DNA of 62,272 bases, filler included, from Gonapodya sp. JEL0774 (GCA_027604505.1; 18 parts of 18 records of this genome joined end to end with filler, not necessarily neighbours in it); one strand, 5' to 3'; positions 27,825-40,187 are shown, counted from the first letter of the whole stretch. Program-made: numbers and translations. Notes: a model not told the origin generated them from the sequence alone.

Positions 27825-29352
27825 GTATTGGGCCGTTACTGGAACACCGTTCTCCAAAGGCATCAATGCTGTAGCAGGGATTTTGGACTTGATTGGTGTT
27901 CGTCTCGAGACAACAGATGGCGACCCCATGGTTGAGGCATCTGCATTCGGCGAGATGCCTTTAGGTGAAGGTGCCGTTACTGCACGCGCATTGTTCATGT
28001 GCGAGGACTTGGGCTTGGAGGTTCATTCGGTTAAGATGTTGCTGTTTCAAGCACTTCGATGTCACCTATTTTTACGCCGTACAAAAGCAGATGTCGCCCA
28101 CGAGGTTCGACTGCCGCCAATTAATGAGCGGACTCTCCTGCTCCGCATGACGGACGTTGAGCGTGGAGTTTATCTCAATGCGGCCAGAGACACCGAACGA
28201 CAGCGGCAGATCTGCTGCCATTTACAGATCCATAAGGACGATAGTAGATTGTTCGGCAAAGAGGTCAAGACGTTGGCGCAGATCAGGGAGACCCTTATCG
28301 AACACCAAATCGAACTCGTCAATTCCGCAAAAGAGCGCATAGCTATGTTGTCTGAGAAAGTCGAGGCGCTCCGCATTCGACTTGCGAAACTTGAAGCTGA
28401 CATGGCCATCATGGATCCGGCTCTCAAGAAGTACGCCGATCACGACCACGCAGCACTACAAACGGAGGTCGGGAACATTGAACGGTCGATTTCATACGAT
28501 GAGGATGTCATTGCCGACTGCGAGCGCATCAAATCGTACATGCGGAGCATTGATGCCCGGAACGCGTGCGCTATTTGCTTTGATCCTCCGGTTGAACCTA
28601 CACTCGTGCGGAACTGTGCACATGTCTTCTGCTACGACTGTGTGTCCAAATGGATAGAGGCTCGACGTCGAGATTGTCCTTTGTGCCGCACGATGATAAA
28701 AAGCTTGGTCCGTATCGCTTCTGAGATGGAGCCTGACGCGGACTCCTCTTCATCTTCAACTGCACATAAGTTGGTCAAAGGCGACCCGACTTTCGCCGCT
28801 GTTCGAGACCTCCATGGAACCAAGGTCGCAGTGCTCATTCGTTACATTCGAGAGGCCCTTGCAGTGGACCCAACAACTCGGATGCTGATTTTCTCTCAGT
28901 TTGACGGTCTTCTTCATCGAGTGGGCTTCATTTTGGCGGAAAATGGTATTCCCAATGTCTGGACACAAGGTAACGTGCACACTCGCCGCTCAGCAATCGA
29001 GCGATTCCGGTCGGCCAAAATCCCAGTAATGATGCTCTCGCTTGAGAAAGCGGCGAGTGGAACCAATCTCACAGAGGCCAGTCACATCATCATCCTGGAC
29101 CCGTACTCTGGCACACCGGAAGAGGTGCGTGGGGTAGAGACACAGGCAATTGGGCGTGTACACCGATTTGGCCAGACTAAAACTGTTGAAGTGGTGAGAC
29201 TGGTGGTGGAGGATACTGTAGAAGAGGATGTGTACCGCAAAGGTGGAGCTCGAGGGGTGGAGTCTCGATACGAGGACTTGGATGTTCTCGTTGCTGGGCG
29301 AGAGGAAAACCATTCCGACGATGAGAAAATGGATGGCGTGGTTGTGGCATGA
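27825..29352 (+). CDS. SNF2-family helicase with C3HC4 RING (Rad5/Rad16/SHPRH-like), 5'-truncated
   Basis: WAVTGTP, RQICCH, CAICFD..CAHVFCYDC..CPLCR, GTKV, LIFSQF, ASGTNLTEASHIIILDP, QAIGRVHRFGQ. Confidence 0.92.
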
Positions 29353-29920
29353 GCTTTGGCGAATAATTTATAACTCTCAGTATATGTGCAAAACATTTGA
29401 TCGAGCTCGGTGCAGGGGGTGTAAACCTGAAGAGTTTCCGATAGCTGGCTCTTGGAAAAAGAATAATGCGCTCTTGTTTCGTTCGCGATGGGGCATTCAC
29501 TGTTCATTATTGCACGCGCACGGGGTCAAAGGAACAATGACCGAACTTTAACTCCAACGCTCTGCTGACTCAACCGGGCCTACGGGCTCGATTGCTTTAG
29601 ATCCTGTCCCGGACTCACAAAAAATATAATGGATAATTACGTGAGCGGCGCAAACGCTCGGAAAATATGCAGTAATAAACACAAAGGACGGGAGTGCAGA
29701 ACAGGATCGACGACCACCAGCTTCCTTGCTGCCCTCTTGCGCCATGAGTAACTTCATTGTTACAAAAGTGAGATTTTCAAGCGCTAGTGAAAGCGTGAGA
29801 ATGCCAATGAACAAAATGCTATGGCATCGTACGTTTCCGTCGTAACAGGGACATTGTTTGTCAGGGTCACTGACGATCACCGGATATATGGACAATATAT
29901 TGAGTTGAGTTTTCCATCGG

Positions 29921-29956
29921 ATTCCAGAACATTCGTCTGGTAGAACACTCTAGAAC
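29921..29956. promoter_or_regulatory. Tandem heat-shock elements
   Basis: aTTCcaGAAcaTTCg is a perfect three-unit nGAAn array; aGAAcaCTCtaGAAc has one mismatch. They lie about 60-90 nt upstream of TATAAAA (30014-30020). Confidence 0.6.
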
Positions 29957-30346
29957 ACCGGCGAACAGGAAAAACTCTTTAGCTTAATCTAGTGTTAGCA
30001 TCCGAGGCTTGCCTATAAAAACCCCATGTTTTCCCCACTAGAGAGACGAAGTTGTACCAATCAATAGACAAACGTTTTCTGTATTCCCCTCGACCCATCA
30101 CCAGGCCCTACATACGTCTCTGAGCTAGATACACCCTAACGTACCCACCCCAGGACAACCCCTCCACATTTGGTGCTCCCCCTCGCGTCGAACTTGCTGC
30201 CCACGGTTACCCGACCCGTGCATCAGTGCCACGTTTTTTGTTCGTACTAACCCACCCAGGCAGAACCCACGCACCCGTTCCCAAGGCTTTACTCACGTTA
30301 CCCCCTGTTATAGTATATTAAAACGGCCTCTACAAGCTTTCCACGT

Positions 30347-31188
30347 GTGTCTACCCCCGACTCTTTTTACTCTACTTCAGTACAGCGTCACTCCACCCCG
30401 TCACCCAGTCCCTCTGCTGAATCCACCCCTGCTCTCCAGCGCCCCCCAAGTCTAGGTTCACTTATTTTGTCTCCCAGACCCGTCAGTGCACCTCCTACGT
30501 TCTCCTTCCCAGGTTTCATTCTCCCCCCAGGTACTGTTCTCCCGTCTGAACCATCTTTTAGCACTATAGACATCCGGCCCGAGTCTCCAGCCACTTTGAT
30601 TCGTCATTTCTCTCACCTTGCAAGACTGTTTCCCATGGCTTCCGAATCCTCGTTCAAAGAGCTCAAGTCTCCACTCAAAGAATTCGACCCCCGCGACCCC
30701 ATTGGCAGCCTGTCCCACTACCACGCGTTCCTAAGTGATGTACACAATCATCTCACGCTCAGAAAGATCACGGAAGACGATAGATGTATCGCGGCAATCT
30801 CACCCAACATCCCAGCTACCGTCCGTTCCCGCATTGCCTCCTTGCACTCCAGCGCCATCCTGTCCTACGCTGATTGGCTCAAGGCCCTCGACGTCGCGTA
30901 CTTCCCGCCTGACCGCTCGCTTTGGCATCGTGCGTTGGAAAAGTTTGTGTGGAACCAGAACACACGTTTCTCGAACCACATTATGGACCTCAAACACGTC
31001 GCCCACCGCGCTGGCCTCATTGACCTCAACGATCTCTCAACCTTACCAAATCAGTTGAAAAGTCCATCATTATGGTATTTTGTGCAGAAATCGCTCCCTC
31101 ATAACGTGAATATGTACCTGTCCCTGCTCGGTGTCTCCAGCCTCGGTGACCTCAACGAAGAACGAATCCGACGCGTAGAAGAAAACCA
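30347..31188 (+). CDS. Retrotransposon Gag-like protein (first ATG at 30635), 3'-truncated
   Basis: Pro/Ser-rich leader, then a helical capsid-like segment SYADWLKALDVAYFPP..FVWNQNTRFSNHIMDL; located just after the PBS. Confidence 0.6.
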
Positions 31189-31288
31189 NNNNNNNNNNNN
31201 NNNNNNNNNNNNNNNNNNNNNNNNNNNNNNNNTTAATTAATTAANNNNNNNNNNNNNNNNNNNNNNNNNNNNNNNNNNNNNNNNNNNN

Positions 31289-34200
31289 AGTCGCTTTTGC
31301 TCCCTGGTGGGACGAGAAGGAGGTCGCGATCAACACACGAAAAGGTACGGAATAGTTTGACCTCGGAGTGGGAACCGGCTGCTCTCTCTATAGGACGAAC
31401 GTGCATAGCTAGTGATGCTGCGGCGTAATGTCTGAACCTTGTGGCTTGGTAACTTTGGACAGTGGACGGAACAGGATTGCCGACAACGAAGAGCGGACGT
31501 CTCCCGAGTGGCTTCGCATTCCAGGAAGTTTGCGGATGATGTCAAAACGCACTCTAAGAGGTTGTTCTTGTTCAACCTCGAATATATCAGCCCGTTGCAG
31601 TGCGAATATGTGGATATGGTACTTTGATGCTCATTGATTCAGATTTTCTTTGACAATTCCCTGTGACAGGTCTCCTTCGCTCCCACGTCATCGTCTATCG
31701 TTGTCCCTAAAGACCAGCCACTCCTCCCACTCGAGCGCGAACTCGATTCCCTCCCCGCTCATGCTCGCGGAATGAACCCTCGCCGGTCCAGCTTCTCCGG
31801 CAAGGAGCGGCCAGCAATCGTCCTGGAGCCGGACGAGAACCTACTAGGAAGTGAATATACAGGTGCCAGTATATCCCTGTCAATACACCCAGCAACGCCA
31901 ATGGATGAACGCGGGGGATTGAGTCTGCGGCCCACAAGATCTGATTTGAGCATCCGAGAGGTTGCGCTCTTGAGCAAGAAGTTGGAGGAACAATGGGTTG
32001 AGGACCATGCTGCTCAGGGTGAGAGTGGTCTGCAAGTGGAAGGAGAAGAGCACAAGGTGCGTATCCCGGACCCCAGAGATCCATTCGTTGGGTGCGTTTC
32101 TCCCCCCAGATTTCTATCATCACTGAAATACAAACATGTCACGCCAGGTCCAATTCTCTCCGATTCCTGAAACACATACTATACCCCGGGATCAAGCATT
32201 CGTCCCACTCGAGTCCGAATACTTCCCCCCTCAGCATACCCCACCCTCTTCACCCCCACACCGTCGGTCGACATCTGGAGAGCGCCGACCTGGTGAACGA
32301 GCAGGCTCGATAGGACGACCGTCTAGTAGGCTAGGTGCCAGCAGTTTTGCCAGCGACTTGAGTTTGAGGGAGGTCGAGCTTTTGGAAGAAAAGCTGGAAG
32401 AGCGAGGTGAAGAGGATAGAGAGGGAAATGAGGAGTTTGATGATGACGTTGAGGAGGGTGGGAGGAGGTCTGGACCGGCACTGAGCAAGGTTCGCATACT
32501 TGTCCGGCCTTCAACTAATGCCAGTTCCCTTCTCTCATCTGAACACCGTCGGCAAATTATCATTTAGGTGTCTTTCTCCCCCAAACCCTCCATTGTAAAT
32601 GTCCCTCGAGATCAAGTTCCAGTTCCGCTCTCTCTAGATGGTCGTCCGCCCTCTCGAGGTGCTTCCCCAGCATCTGTGCTCCGCCGTTCTTCTTTCATGT
32701 CATCCGACGATGAAGAATCTCCAAGCGGAGAAAACGCGGGCGGTGGTGCAGAGGATCTCGTTTCTGGTCAAGGGGAAACTCAGTCCTCGGCGAGCGCGAT
32801 GGCTTCAGATATGAGTCTGAGAGAGCTTGATCTGTTGGAAGAGAAGATGGCGGAGAAGAGGGACCGAGCCGATGAGAGTGATTGGACTGGACCGGATAAG
32901 GGGCAGCAGGGTCAAGTAAGGTTCAAGGGTGTGGCAGTAGTACCGGTACCCAAGGACCAGGAGGTGAGTATTGACTCGCCCCGTTCGCTGAACGAGAGGT
33001 TCTCACCGGATTGTTTTTACTTCCGAAGCACATTCCCATTGAGGATGAAATTGATGACATTCGAATTCATTCTGCATCCACGCGATCATCGTCTCGTAAA
33101 TCGTCGACCGAACACCTTCGCTCCTTGGACCCCGACTCAAGCTTTGGTATACGCGCAGCTGACCCAAATATCACTCCGAGCAAACCGTCCGATTCGGATG
33201 AGGATGACGAAGAGACCGCCGCTGGCCGGGGAGATGGAACGGCACAAGCGCAACCTGTGGGGAGATACGCGAGTGACCTCAGTATCAAGGAGATTGACAT
33301 GCTGGAAAAAGTCTTAGATGAACGGGACACCACTGGCGATGGTGACGACTCCGACACAGGCGCCCAGCATGGAAAGGTTTTATTCAGCCCCAATGCAGCG
33401 GTTGTGCACGTTCCACGTGATCAGCCCGCCATACCTCTGGACGACGAGTTGGTGACACGATCGCACGGTTCGCTACCACATACGCCTGTTGAAAGCGTTG
33501 TGGGTGACGGGGAGAGTGTGGCGAGTGATTTGAGCCACAAAGAGTTGGCAATGTTGGAGGAGAGGCTGTTGAGGGAGAGGACGGCAAGTGGAGAATTGGA
33601 TGATCCAAGAAGAGGAGGGGATAGAGTATGTGTCCGGTGGAACTTGACGGGTCTATTGCTGTTTCTTATATGTCCGCTTTTGTGAAAATTAGGTCGCGTT
33701 TTCTCCGACACCACCCGAGATCCATCACGTTGGCAAGGACCAACCTCGTGTACGCATAGCGGGAGTCTCCTCCAGCACTCCTTCCCAGCCCGATTCACCC
33801 AGCAACTCTGGCGCTCCCTTTTCGTCTGAAGATATCGAAACGGATGTTCCCATTATTGCTGGTGTGGTGCTAGGTCTTGGCTCCGCAGGCGGTGCTTCGA
33901 CTGACTCCGGTACCGGCGTGGAAAGATGGGCGAGTGATTTGAGTCTGAGGGAGATGCAATTCTTGGAGAGGAAACGGGAGGAGAAGGAAGATGATCAGTT
34001 GGGTGTTCACAAGGTGTCGTTCTCGAGAAAGGCGAGCGTGGTCAGAGTGGAGAGAGATGAAGATTGTGGGTAAGACTTTGGGGGAAGTATTCTGGTATGG
34101 TGATCATAGATGAAAAGTTAATCTTAGTGTTTTTTGACTACAGCGTTCACCAGTGTAGAAGACCTGCTACAATCAGCCAAGCGCACAGCTTCACCTGGCT

Positions 34201-34647
34201 TTTCGCGGTCACCCTCTTCGCGCACCTCTCACCTCCTTGATCCCGATGATGTTGTTCCCACAGCCGAAGTTGAATCGACCGGCACCACAGCTTTCTCCGT
34301 CGGTCCCGATGCGTCACTGGAGGATGACGATACTGAAGACTTTCTTAAGGTTCCTGCCGGGCGCCGGACGGGGACCGCCACCGCTAATGAAGTAGTAGAT
34401 GGATTGCATAAAGTCGGATCGGATCTGTCTATAAGGGAAGTGGAGATTCTGGAACGGAAGCTTGCTGCGAGTCCGAACGCGATGATTCGGTCGCAAAGCC
34501 GGGATAGCGGTCGCTTACCGGACTCTACAAAGCCAATCTCGTCCATCAAACGGAAAACTTCCGAGGGATACTTGGATACCGGGGGTTCGATGCCCGCAAT
34601 AGCGTCTGGATCCTCCGACATTGTTCACCCGCGACCGCACAGGGTGT
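31289..34647 (+). CDS. Disordered repeat protein with 7+ copies of SDLSxxExxxLE...[KRQ]VxF...VPxDQ, truncated at both ends
   Basis: Exons joined by GT-AG introns (31345-31669, 32057-32147, 32490-32567, ~32963-33028, 33626-33692, ~34070-34143) give one continuous frame with recurring motifs. Confidence 0.8.
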
Positions 34648-34747
34648 NNNNNNNNNNNNNNNNNNNNNNNNNNNNNNNNNNNNNNNNNNNNTTAATTAAT
34701 TAANNNNNNNNNNNNNNNNNNNNNNNNNNNNNNNNNNNNNNNNNNNN

Positions 34748-35586
34748 CGCCTCCATCTACGGAAACTCCGACTCCCATCCCCGTGTCGAAGCCTACCGCA
34801 GTCCCCTTCTCTCAGTTGTATCAGGCCCAAACTGCCAGTTTCAGGTCGCCATTTCTCGATGAGATTCTTCCCCAAAGACAGGAGTGGGCATCGGTGTATT
34901 CAACAGTTGCAATGAAGCGATTTTCGAAAGAAGTAGAAGCGAAACTTGTTGGCGGTTGGCGGGAGACGGACCTCACGATCAGGGAAGGTGAGACGCTTTA
35001 CGGCACTCCCTCCAACCGCCCACTGAGAATGTACGGAAACATCTGTGTTGCTATCAGACACTGGCTGGACTTATCTCCGTGAAGAAAAGTATCATGAAAT
35101 TCTGAACGACGCATTCGGAAAGGAAGGTGACTTTCTGCTCTTCGTCGAAGCTCTATTTTTATTTTGATCGACTCGGCGTGGAACTGAGAGAGTCCTCCGA
35201 CAATAGGCTGGCTTCTTGTTCCTTCGGGCCCACCTACCCTCACCTCGACAACCATCTCCCAACCTTTCACACTCCTCTGCCACCGCCAGTACATTTCGAC
35301 CGCTCGGGGTTCTTTTGTGCCTCCTCCCGGCACGTATGTGCCCCCAAATCCCGGCACTGATCCCCACGTGCAACGTAGTATGCGTTACGAAGCTCTTACG
35401 AGGTGTTGCAAGGATCTTGGGATCGCAAGCGAGTTGTGGGATCCTGTGTGGGTGAAGCGGTGGAGGGACGAGCATTGTGTAAAGCTGTGGGTTAACTTTG
35501 ATGTATACAAGCATTCGGCAACTGGTAAGGCGGGACGGTACGTTTGGCGCCTGAAAGGCGAAATGGAAAAGTTTGGGATTCTCTAG
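34748..35586 (+). CDS. MGM101: Mitochondrial genome maintenance protein Mgm101 (Rad52-type), divergent, 5'-truncated
   Basis: TYLREEKYHEILNDAFGKEG|WLLVP, LLCHRQYISTARG, ALTRCCKDLGIASELWDP. Confidence 0.85.
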
Positions 35587-35659
35587 GGAGGTATTATAGC
35601 ATTGCAATACACCAGGGCAAATGCATTACATGGTTAGGAGGTTATAAATTGCTATGTTG

Positions 35660-37016
35660 CTAAATCAATGTTGGTGGTTTCGTCCATTTGGGTTCTCTGA
35701 GTTTCCTGGAGAGCTTTTCTGCCGAACTATTGTCTCTATCTAAATACGAAAAAAGATTTCGTTTTGCATCCAGTCCGAATGGTATCCACTTCTGAGCTTG
35801 GTTCAGAGGGTGCGCGTCCAGAGCTGCAATGGTTTGGGGCGTCGACTCAAGGGGACTGATTATGGCTGTTGGCACCACTTTACGATGGTGATTCACGCGC
35901 TGGGGACAGAGCAGCTGAACATCCGACGGCATCATTGTTGGTTCGCTCTTTTCGATTAATGGAATGATATCTTCATTGGGAGTCGCCGAGGAAGATGACG
36001 TGGATTCCAACACAGCCGAAATTGGCGGACTCCCCACTAATGTTTGCGATCGTCTCGATTCAATCGTGAGCGTCGCAGTCGGCTCAGAAGAAACATTGTT
36101 GCTAGTGTCGTCAATAGTGTCGTCAGTAGGAGCCGGCTCGCTCTTGGGTATTTGGCTGGTAATTATCGCCACTTCCCCGATTCCTCCTGGGGCGACTGAA
36201 TCCTGACAGTCAAGTTCGCTGTCCATTGGCTCCTCTGATACGACGCTCAATTCATTTAAATGTTGGGTCGCAAGGACCTCATTCCTGTCACCATTTCTTT
36301 CGGTGGATTCTCCGGGGTGCTCTGTTGTATTTCCTGCAGGCCCAACATCTCGGACACTATCATATTCATTCCAGTTCGGTCGTTCTGAGTGTGAGGTATT
36401 GAACGAATGTGAAGTGTCGGACTGGCCATTGATTTTGAATTCACTCATGTAATTTGGGGTTTGTTCAGGGCAATGATTGGGCCGCTCTGTCAGCCAGGAG
36501 GGCAGTTGCCCTCCCTCGTCAGTCAAGCGTATTCGAAATATTTGTGAATGATGTTCGAAGCGATAAGTGAGTATAGGTGCCTGTCCACATATTGTCCGTG
36601 AAGACTTCACACTTCGTCGACACTTCGGCGAGCATCCTCAACTCACCTCCCCTTGACGGCCACTTCCGTAAGTCATCCAAATTATTGTACCTCGGTTCGG
36701 GATTGGTGCCGTTTGTGTTATGCACACCCATGTGACTCTAGCATTGAGTACAAATGAATCGCTGCCAGCTGTCTCTTCAAAGCCCCGAACTTCGACATGA
36801 TAGGTAAGTCCCCGTAGCTGCGCAGACCAGAGCTTACAAAGGCTGACGATCGATGAAACTGCAGTGCGTATAAGTGAGAGGCGCTGGTCCCTACAGCTGT
36901 TTGGAAGAGTTGAAGAGATGGAGGGAAATCCAATCGTTCCAGAGAGATACCCGTGCGGAGTTTGAAGCAGTTTGCCGCTTGTAGAAGATGGCCGGGGGAG
37001 CTCTGATTCTGTCATG
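35660..37016 (-). CDS. Hypothetical protein with a Ser/Thr/Glu-rich disordered C-half
   Basis: Three overlapping minus-strand ORFs joinable by short introns; 316-aa terminal frame; no recognised motif. Confidence 0.5.
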
Positions 37017-37143
37017 CGTTGTTGTGCAGGATGTGAAGAAGGATTTCGGGGCGCACCCGACGGCAAGGACGAATGTAATATCAGAAGAGCCGCATTTCAG
37101 TATCCTTAGACAATGCAGAAAATACATTCAAATTCACAATTAG

Positions 37144-38105
37144 TCATCTGTCTCCTCCCTCATCGGCTCCTTCAAAACCCGGTCCAGCCGTTTCTGCCCC
37201 GACTATCGACACACATTTCCACTCATCCAGATACGAAGCTGGAAATACGTAGGTAAGCAAGGCTTAACGTTCGAAAATTCTCTTGTCGGAGATAACTCAC
37301 CACGCCACACACGAACTCTGCCATCTTCCCCACTTGAGGCCAAGCTTGTTCCCGTGACATTCCAGACACACCGCCATACCTCTGCTGCATGCGAGCTATC
37401 ATCCATAACCAAGTCTACTCTGTACTTGCTAGGCATTTTGGGGGAGGTTGCTGGTGTAGATCGGCGAGAAGAGTTGAGTTCCTCCACTGTGGTTGAGGAA
37501 GACGGTTGGTACTCCGGCGTGAGCTTAAATATGCGCACGTGATGATCGCGCGATGTTGTTGCAATGAGGTGGTACGATCTGGGTTCGAAAACAAAGTAAG
37601 CGTTCGGAGATCCGACATCACCATCCAGTCCGACAAAGATCACCTTCCCACATTAGGAGCCCAAGCTACATCTAGCACAGCATCGCCGTGTCCAGAAAGC
37701 AATTCTCCAGCATGCCACCGGTTGGAATTTGGGTCTTTCCTCCAGATTCTCGCCACCGCTTCCCGTCCACATCCCACAACAAGCTGGGCAGGGTGGAACC
37801 GTGACCCACACCATGATAGGCTCAAGGGAGTTTCCACATCACGACCTTGATATGAAGGTGAACTGGTCGACGTCGAAGACGCGGGTAGAACCGAAAATTC
37901 ATCAATGAGGGTCCATTGGGAAGGATTCGAAGGATCTATAGCCTCATAAAGACGTAGCCGGGAGTCTGACGACACAGTAGCCTTGCGAGAGTGGTAGAAG
38001 TATCAGGGAGAGCTGCAATTACGGCATCAACATTGAATTCGGGTCTACACAAACCAGCTTCAACCCGCTCCAGTTTGGGGCAAACGCGATATCCTGAACG
38101 ATGGC
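37144..38105 (-). CDS. SEH1: WD40 nucleoporin / GATOR2 subunit Seh1, 5'-truncated
   Basis: IAFAP..GLKL|ATVSSDSRLRLYEA, VLDVAWAPNVGR|SYHLIAT, EVWRCVWNVTGTSLASSGEDGRVRVW. Confidence 0.9.
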
Positions 38106-38205
38106 NNNNNNNNNNNNNNNNNNNNNNNNNNNNNNNNNNNNNNNNNNNNTTAATTAATTAANNNNNNNNNNNNNNNNNNNNNNNNNNNNNNNNNNNNNNN
38201 NNNNN

Positions 38206-38756
38206 GTCTTCTGACCGCCTGTTGGTGTCACATAGATCTCAAACGAGACACGTACGTTTCCGACGTCGCCGATCATTTCAGCATAGGTCACTGTTGCAGA
38301 GGCACTGTTGACAAAGCATCTGGCAACAGGATTCAGCACTGAAGATGGAGTGCAGTGAGGCTGCGTGAACTTGAAATTCTCGACCCGGGCGCTGTGGACG
38401 TCGACGGTTGTCTGTGTCCAAAAGTTGATCTCCCCACTATTCATGATGCAGTGAAGCAAGATCACATATGTAATTTTTCAGATTGAGGAGTCGGAACGGG
38501 AACATTCATTGAAATACATCGATTGCCAAGGTCAACCCGATGTCCCGCCCCACACAACTCACTTCATGGCGAGTTTGTAATCCAAGTTGATCCTCATGTC
38601 ACCCGAACACGCTTTGAGCCACGCCCCGTGCTGCACCTGATAGTCCCAACTCTTTGCAGATACGGTGGAGCACATGAGCGCGCAGAGGACAGCCGCAAGA
38701 ATGACAGCACGACTAGTCAGGGCAGAAGGTGACGGAAGAGATTTGAGTCGTGGCAT
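38206..38756 (-). CDS. Secreted QHGxWLxxCxGD family protein, copy A, 3'-truncated
   Basis: Signal peptide, DYQVQHGAWLKACSGDMRIN, phase-2 intron 38562-38437, then NFKFTQPHC and VTPTGGQ. Confidence 0.8.
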
Positions 38757-39536
38757 GATTGGGAACAAACGGGTACTACAGGGTGGTGCAAGGAGTATGA
38801 AAGCAGCAGCATTTATAGCCCTGAGGTAATTTACAATATAAAGGGGACTGCTTGCTGTTGGATGCAGATGGATATAGTTTTCGGATATGTTATATATGTA
38901 AATACAACAAGAGAACTGTAGTGAGTTCTGGACTTGCCGTACGGCGATTTAAGAATGATCTATGCATAGAATGACCTATGCGAAACTACAGCCATTAGCG
39001 GCGCTATGCCGAGTTTTCTCCATCGGTACGTTTTGTTACGATGGGACATGGACCGTGCGCCGTTCGCCGTTTATTGCCTGGTGGTTTCTCAGAAGGAACC
39101 ACCAGGCGCCGAGTGGTGCTGGCGTTGTGCAAAGGACCTGGTCAGTGTACCGAGGACCTCCGCGCGCGAGGACATTCAGAAAGTCTGTGCCGGTCCGTCA
39201 GTCGCGTACCACTGATCCCTGCCATCATATAATGTACCATCGGCGCGATGATTGGAACGAGCAGTCTCAGCCTTGCACTCAATCGGTATACTCTTATTGG
39301 TGAGATGTTCAAAGTATACTGAGTGTCGTGAGATCGAATTTCGGTATGTATATTGCAGATCAAACAACAAATTAGGTGTATCCAAAACTCTCAAGCAGAA
39401 GTCCCCTTCATTTACATATTTTCTTACAAGCCACGACCTAACCCAACTCGTAACACCACTGGTTCGCTCCCAATCACCATGCCAGTTGTGTTCACTCCCG
39501 GCCCCCGACACACGTCTTCTCGATCGTCCTCGGCCA

Positions 39537-40187
39537 ATGGCCATTGGCAACCGCGGGCTCACGCTCGTGGTGATTCTTCTTGTACTTAATGCTTGCGTCT
39601 CCACCACGTGGGCGGTGACTCGGGCGTATCACGCTCAGCACGGGGCGTGGCTCAAGGCGTGTCCTGGTGATATGATGATCAACATCATCTACGATGTCTC
39701 CGTCGAGTAAGCAACCGTCGTACATGTGCGGTAGTTGTGAAAGTTTGTTTCATACTCCAACGTTGCGTGCATTGCATCGGATACACATGTGGCGCCATTC
39801 TCCCGTCCTTCAGGGAGGTGCCCGGCGGTGTCGCCGGGAACAAGTACAGTTCCTTCGATATCAACAGCTTGCGGATCACGAATTTCAAGTACACGCAGGC
39901 CCACTGCAACCCCGCTGCTGCGTTGTCAACAACGTCACGCCGGCAGGACCACTCATGACGAACGTGGTCCGTGATCCGAGCTTGCGCCTCGGATTGCTCG
40001 ATCCTTGAAAGTCGGGTTCAAGATCACCGTGACACCAACAGGGGGTCAGACGACCGAGGAGTGGGTGGAGAGGGTGTTGTCTTTCCACTTGTCCAACGGG
40101 GGTTTGATTGAGAGCAGGAAGAAGGCTTCAACAGGTGTGGCAACGTTCGTCACTGTCCTTCAACAGGTGGACACGTGTTCGGTATGA
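39537..40187 (+). pseudogene. Secreted QHGxWLxxCxGD family protein, copy B, with apparent frameshifts
   Basis: Signal peptide, AYHAQHGAWLKACPGDMMIN, same phase-2 intron (39707-39813). NFKYTQAHC, CVVNN and VTPTGGQ fall in three different frames. Confidence 0.6.

Larger units (their letters stand above)
29900..31188 (+). mobile_element. 5' part of an LTR retrotransposon (probably Ty3/gypsy): LTR ending ...CACA at 30168, PBS, gag; LTR start unresolved
   Basis: TATA box, CA end, TT spacer, then TGGTGCTCCCCC (PBS-like, complementary to tRNA CCA), followed by an intronless gag-like ORF. Confidence 0.65.

Noticed and set aside
29343..29352. TGTGG as the LTR 5' end (inverse of CCACA at 30164-30168), overlapping the SNF2 stop
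   Set aside because: A 5-nt match is not significant, and no second LTR or target-site duplication is available to test it.
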